Shown one piece after another: positions 63,205-64,000 of a stretch of 64,000 nucleotides of DNA. Position 1 is the stretch's first letter. Each line of letters begins with the position of its first letter. The translations under genes were made by a program, and so were the position numbers. The notes beneath the pieces are model-generated. The model was given only the letters and a program-made list of their open reading frames with translations, was not told the DNA's origin and did no database searches. Location of the stretch: the IMG/VR virus record IMGVR_UViG_3300026488_000017, positions 40,396-104,395 of that record. One strand, written 5' to 3'. The stretch comes from a virus (lineage: Duplodnaviria; Heunggongvirae; Uroviricota; Caudoviricetes).

Positions 63205-63704
63205 TCTAATCGGTGACCTCTTCTAATACTTTTGTGTGTACCATCAGGAGAGTGCTCGTAGATAATCCATTTTTCTGGCTCTATGATAAATTTATTCTCA
63301 ATATCTTTTTTATAATCCTCAGGTATATAAGATTGGCTTATAGGAATCATTTCGCTTTTGTGTTTGATGCTGATATTACCATTTTCTGCATTAGCATTAC
63401 CAGTCATATTCTGAATCGAAATATTCCCGTTTTTATTTGTAATGGTTCCATTGAAATGTTTTGATACTGTGATATTACAATTTTTTGCTTCAATGGTTCT
63501 GATATTTCCTGAGAAATGGGCTTCTTTAACATTTTTGATATTTAATGCATCCGTATTGTCGCTAAAATCCATTCTATCTTCTAAACCCAATAAGCTATCC
63601 ACTGCATCATTAATCTCTTCGTGTGTTGTGTATTTTCTTTTCATTGGTACTCTGTATCCCATATTTAACCTTTGTTCACCTAGTGAGGCACTGAAGAATC
63701 CCAT
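63123..63704 (-). CDS. hypothetical protein
   Basis: ORF; overlaps the downstream ORF, so the start is uncertain. Confidence 0.35.
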   Translation of the reverse strand: MGFFSASLGEQRLNMGYRVPMKRKYTTHEEINDAVDSLLGLEDRMDFSDNTDALNIKNVKEAHFSGNIRTIEAKNCNITVSKHFNGTITNKNGNISIQNMTGNANAENGNISIKHKSEMIPISQSYIPEDYKKDIENKFIIEPEKWIIYEHSPDGTHKSIRRGHRLDWTKNFYSKLRLTPKPKTPKCNTVIEL

Positions 63705-63705
63705 T

Positions 63706-63957
63706 CTACCATCCCCATTTCTTTAGCTTGAAAAATACACGAGCATCAAGAAGATGCTTCATACCTTCAAGATTTTCTCTAATATCTCTAGCATTACTAT
63801 CGATTTTTATGTCATCACGCTTAACAAATTTGATAGGTTTAAGGTTGAATCCTTTTGTTTCAAATGCTTCTGTATAGAATGCATCTTTGTATTCTTTCCC
63901 ATCGAACTCGAATGATTGTCTATCTACGGACTTATTATGGAAGTATAGTGTAGCCAC
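63706..63957 (-). CDS. hypothetical small protein
   Basis: ORF. Confidence 0.3.
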   Translation of the reverse strand: MATLYFHNKSVDRQSFEFDGKEYKDAFYTEAFETKGFNLKPIKFVKRDDIKIDSNARDIRENLEGMKHLLDARVFFKLKKWGW

Positions 63958-64000
63958 ATCAGCAATACACGCTACATCAAGGTCGAACTCTCTGTATAGA

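Noticed and set aside
1-64000. search for CRISPR arrays, tRNA or rRNA genes and integrase or att sites
   Set aside because: No direct-repeat/spacer periodicity was found. No GC-rich cloverleaf-like segments stand out in the AT-rich intergenic regions. No tyrosine or serine recombinase motifs were seen. tRNAs cannot be fully excluded without tRNAscan-SE.

Overview
This 64-kb window is an AT-rich (roughly 30% GC, estimated by eye), densely packed segment of a large virulent tailed phage, probably a T4-like myovirus. Nearly all genes are on the minus strand. At least 25 of them are preceded by a copy of one repeated promoter motif: an extended -10 (TGTTATAATA) with an upstream CCTTAA(A)GG element. 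The replication and recombination core is recognisable: a family-B DNA polymerase with exo I (DIE), motif A (DFTSLYPS), motif B (KILLNSMYG) and motif C (DTDS); a DnaB/gp41-like helicase; a UvsX recombinase; a T4 gp1-like dNMP kinase; an HU-like protein; an RNA-ligase-like nucleotidyltransferase; and an HD/P-loop kinase. Embedded in this backbone are several unusual modules. (1) A complete GDP-D-glycero-alpha-D-manno-heptose pathway (GmhA, HddA, GmhB, HddC) plus a Gmd-like 4,6-dehydratase and an SDR reductase, which together predict GDP-6-deoxy-heptose synthesis. (2) Directly adjacent, QueE and a TGT-family (DpdA-like) transglycosylase, indicating 7-deazaguanine DNA modification. (3) A tandem plus-strand array of ankyrin-repeat genes that all end in a conserved C-terminal peptide KKLGKYADLL(GDI), each array end flanked by convergent small paralogs ending in PHLxL. 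(4) A plus-strand island with three paralogous lectin-like tail fibre/receptor-binding genes followed by an apparent two-component system (receiver-domain protein plus membrane sensor histidine kinase). (5) A giant repeat-containing tail fibre with a C-terminal intramolecular-chaperone domain, next to an O-methyltransferase. (6) A TonB-dependent-receptor-like outer-membrane protein, an SPFH/band-7 protein, an M17 leucyl aminopeptidase, a DHH/DHHA1 phosphoesterase and a CX5R dual-specificity phosphatase. I found no CRISPR array and could recognise no tRNA or rRNA. All functional calls rest on motifs read from the translated ORFs and should be confirmed by HMM or BLAST searches.
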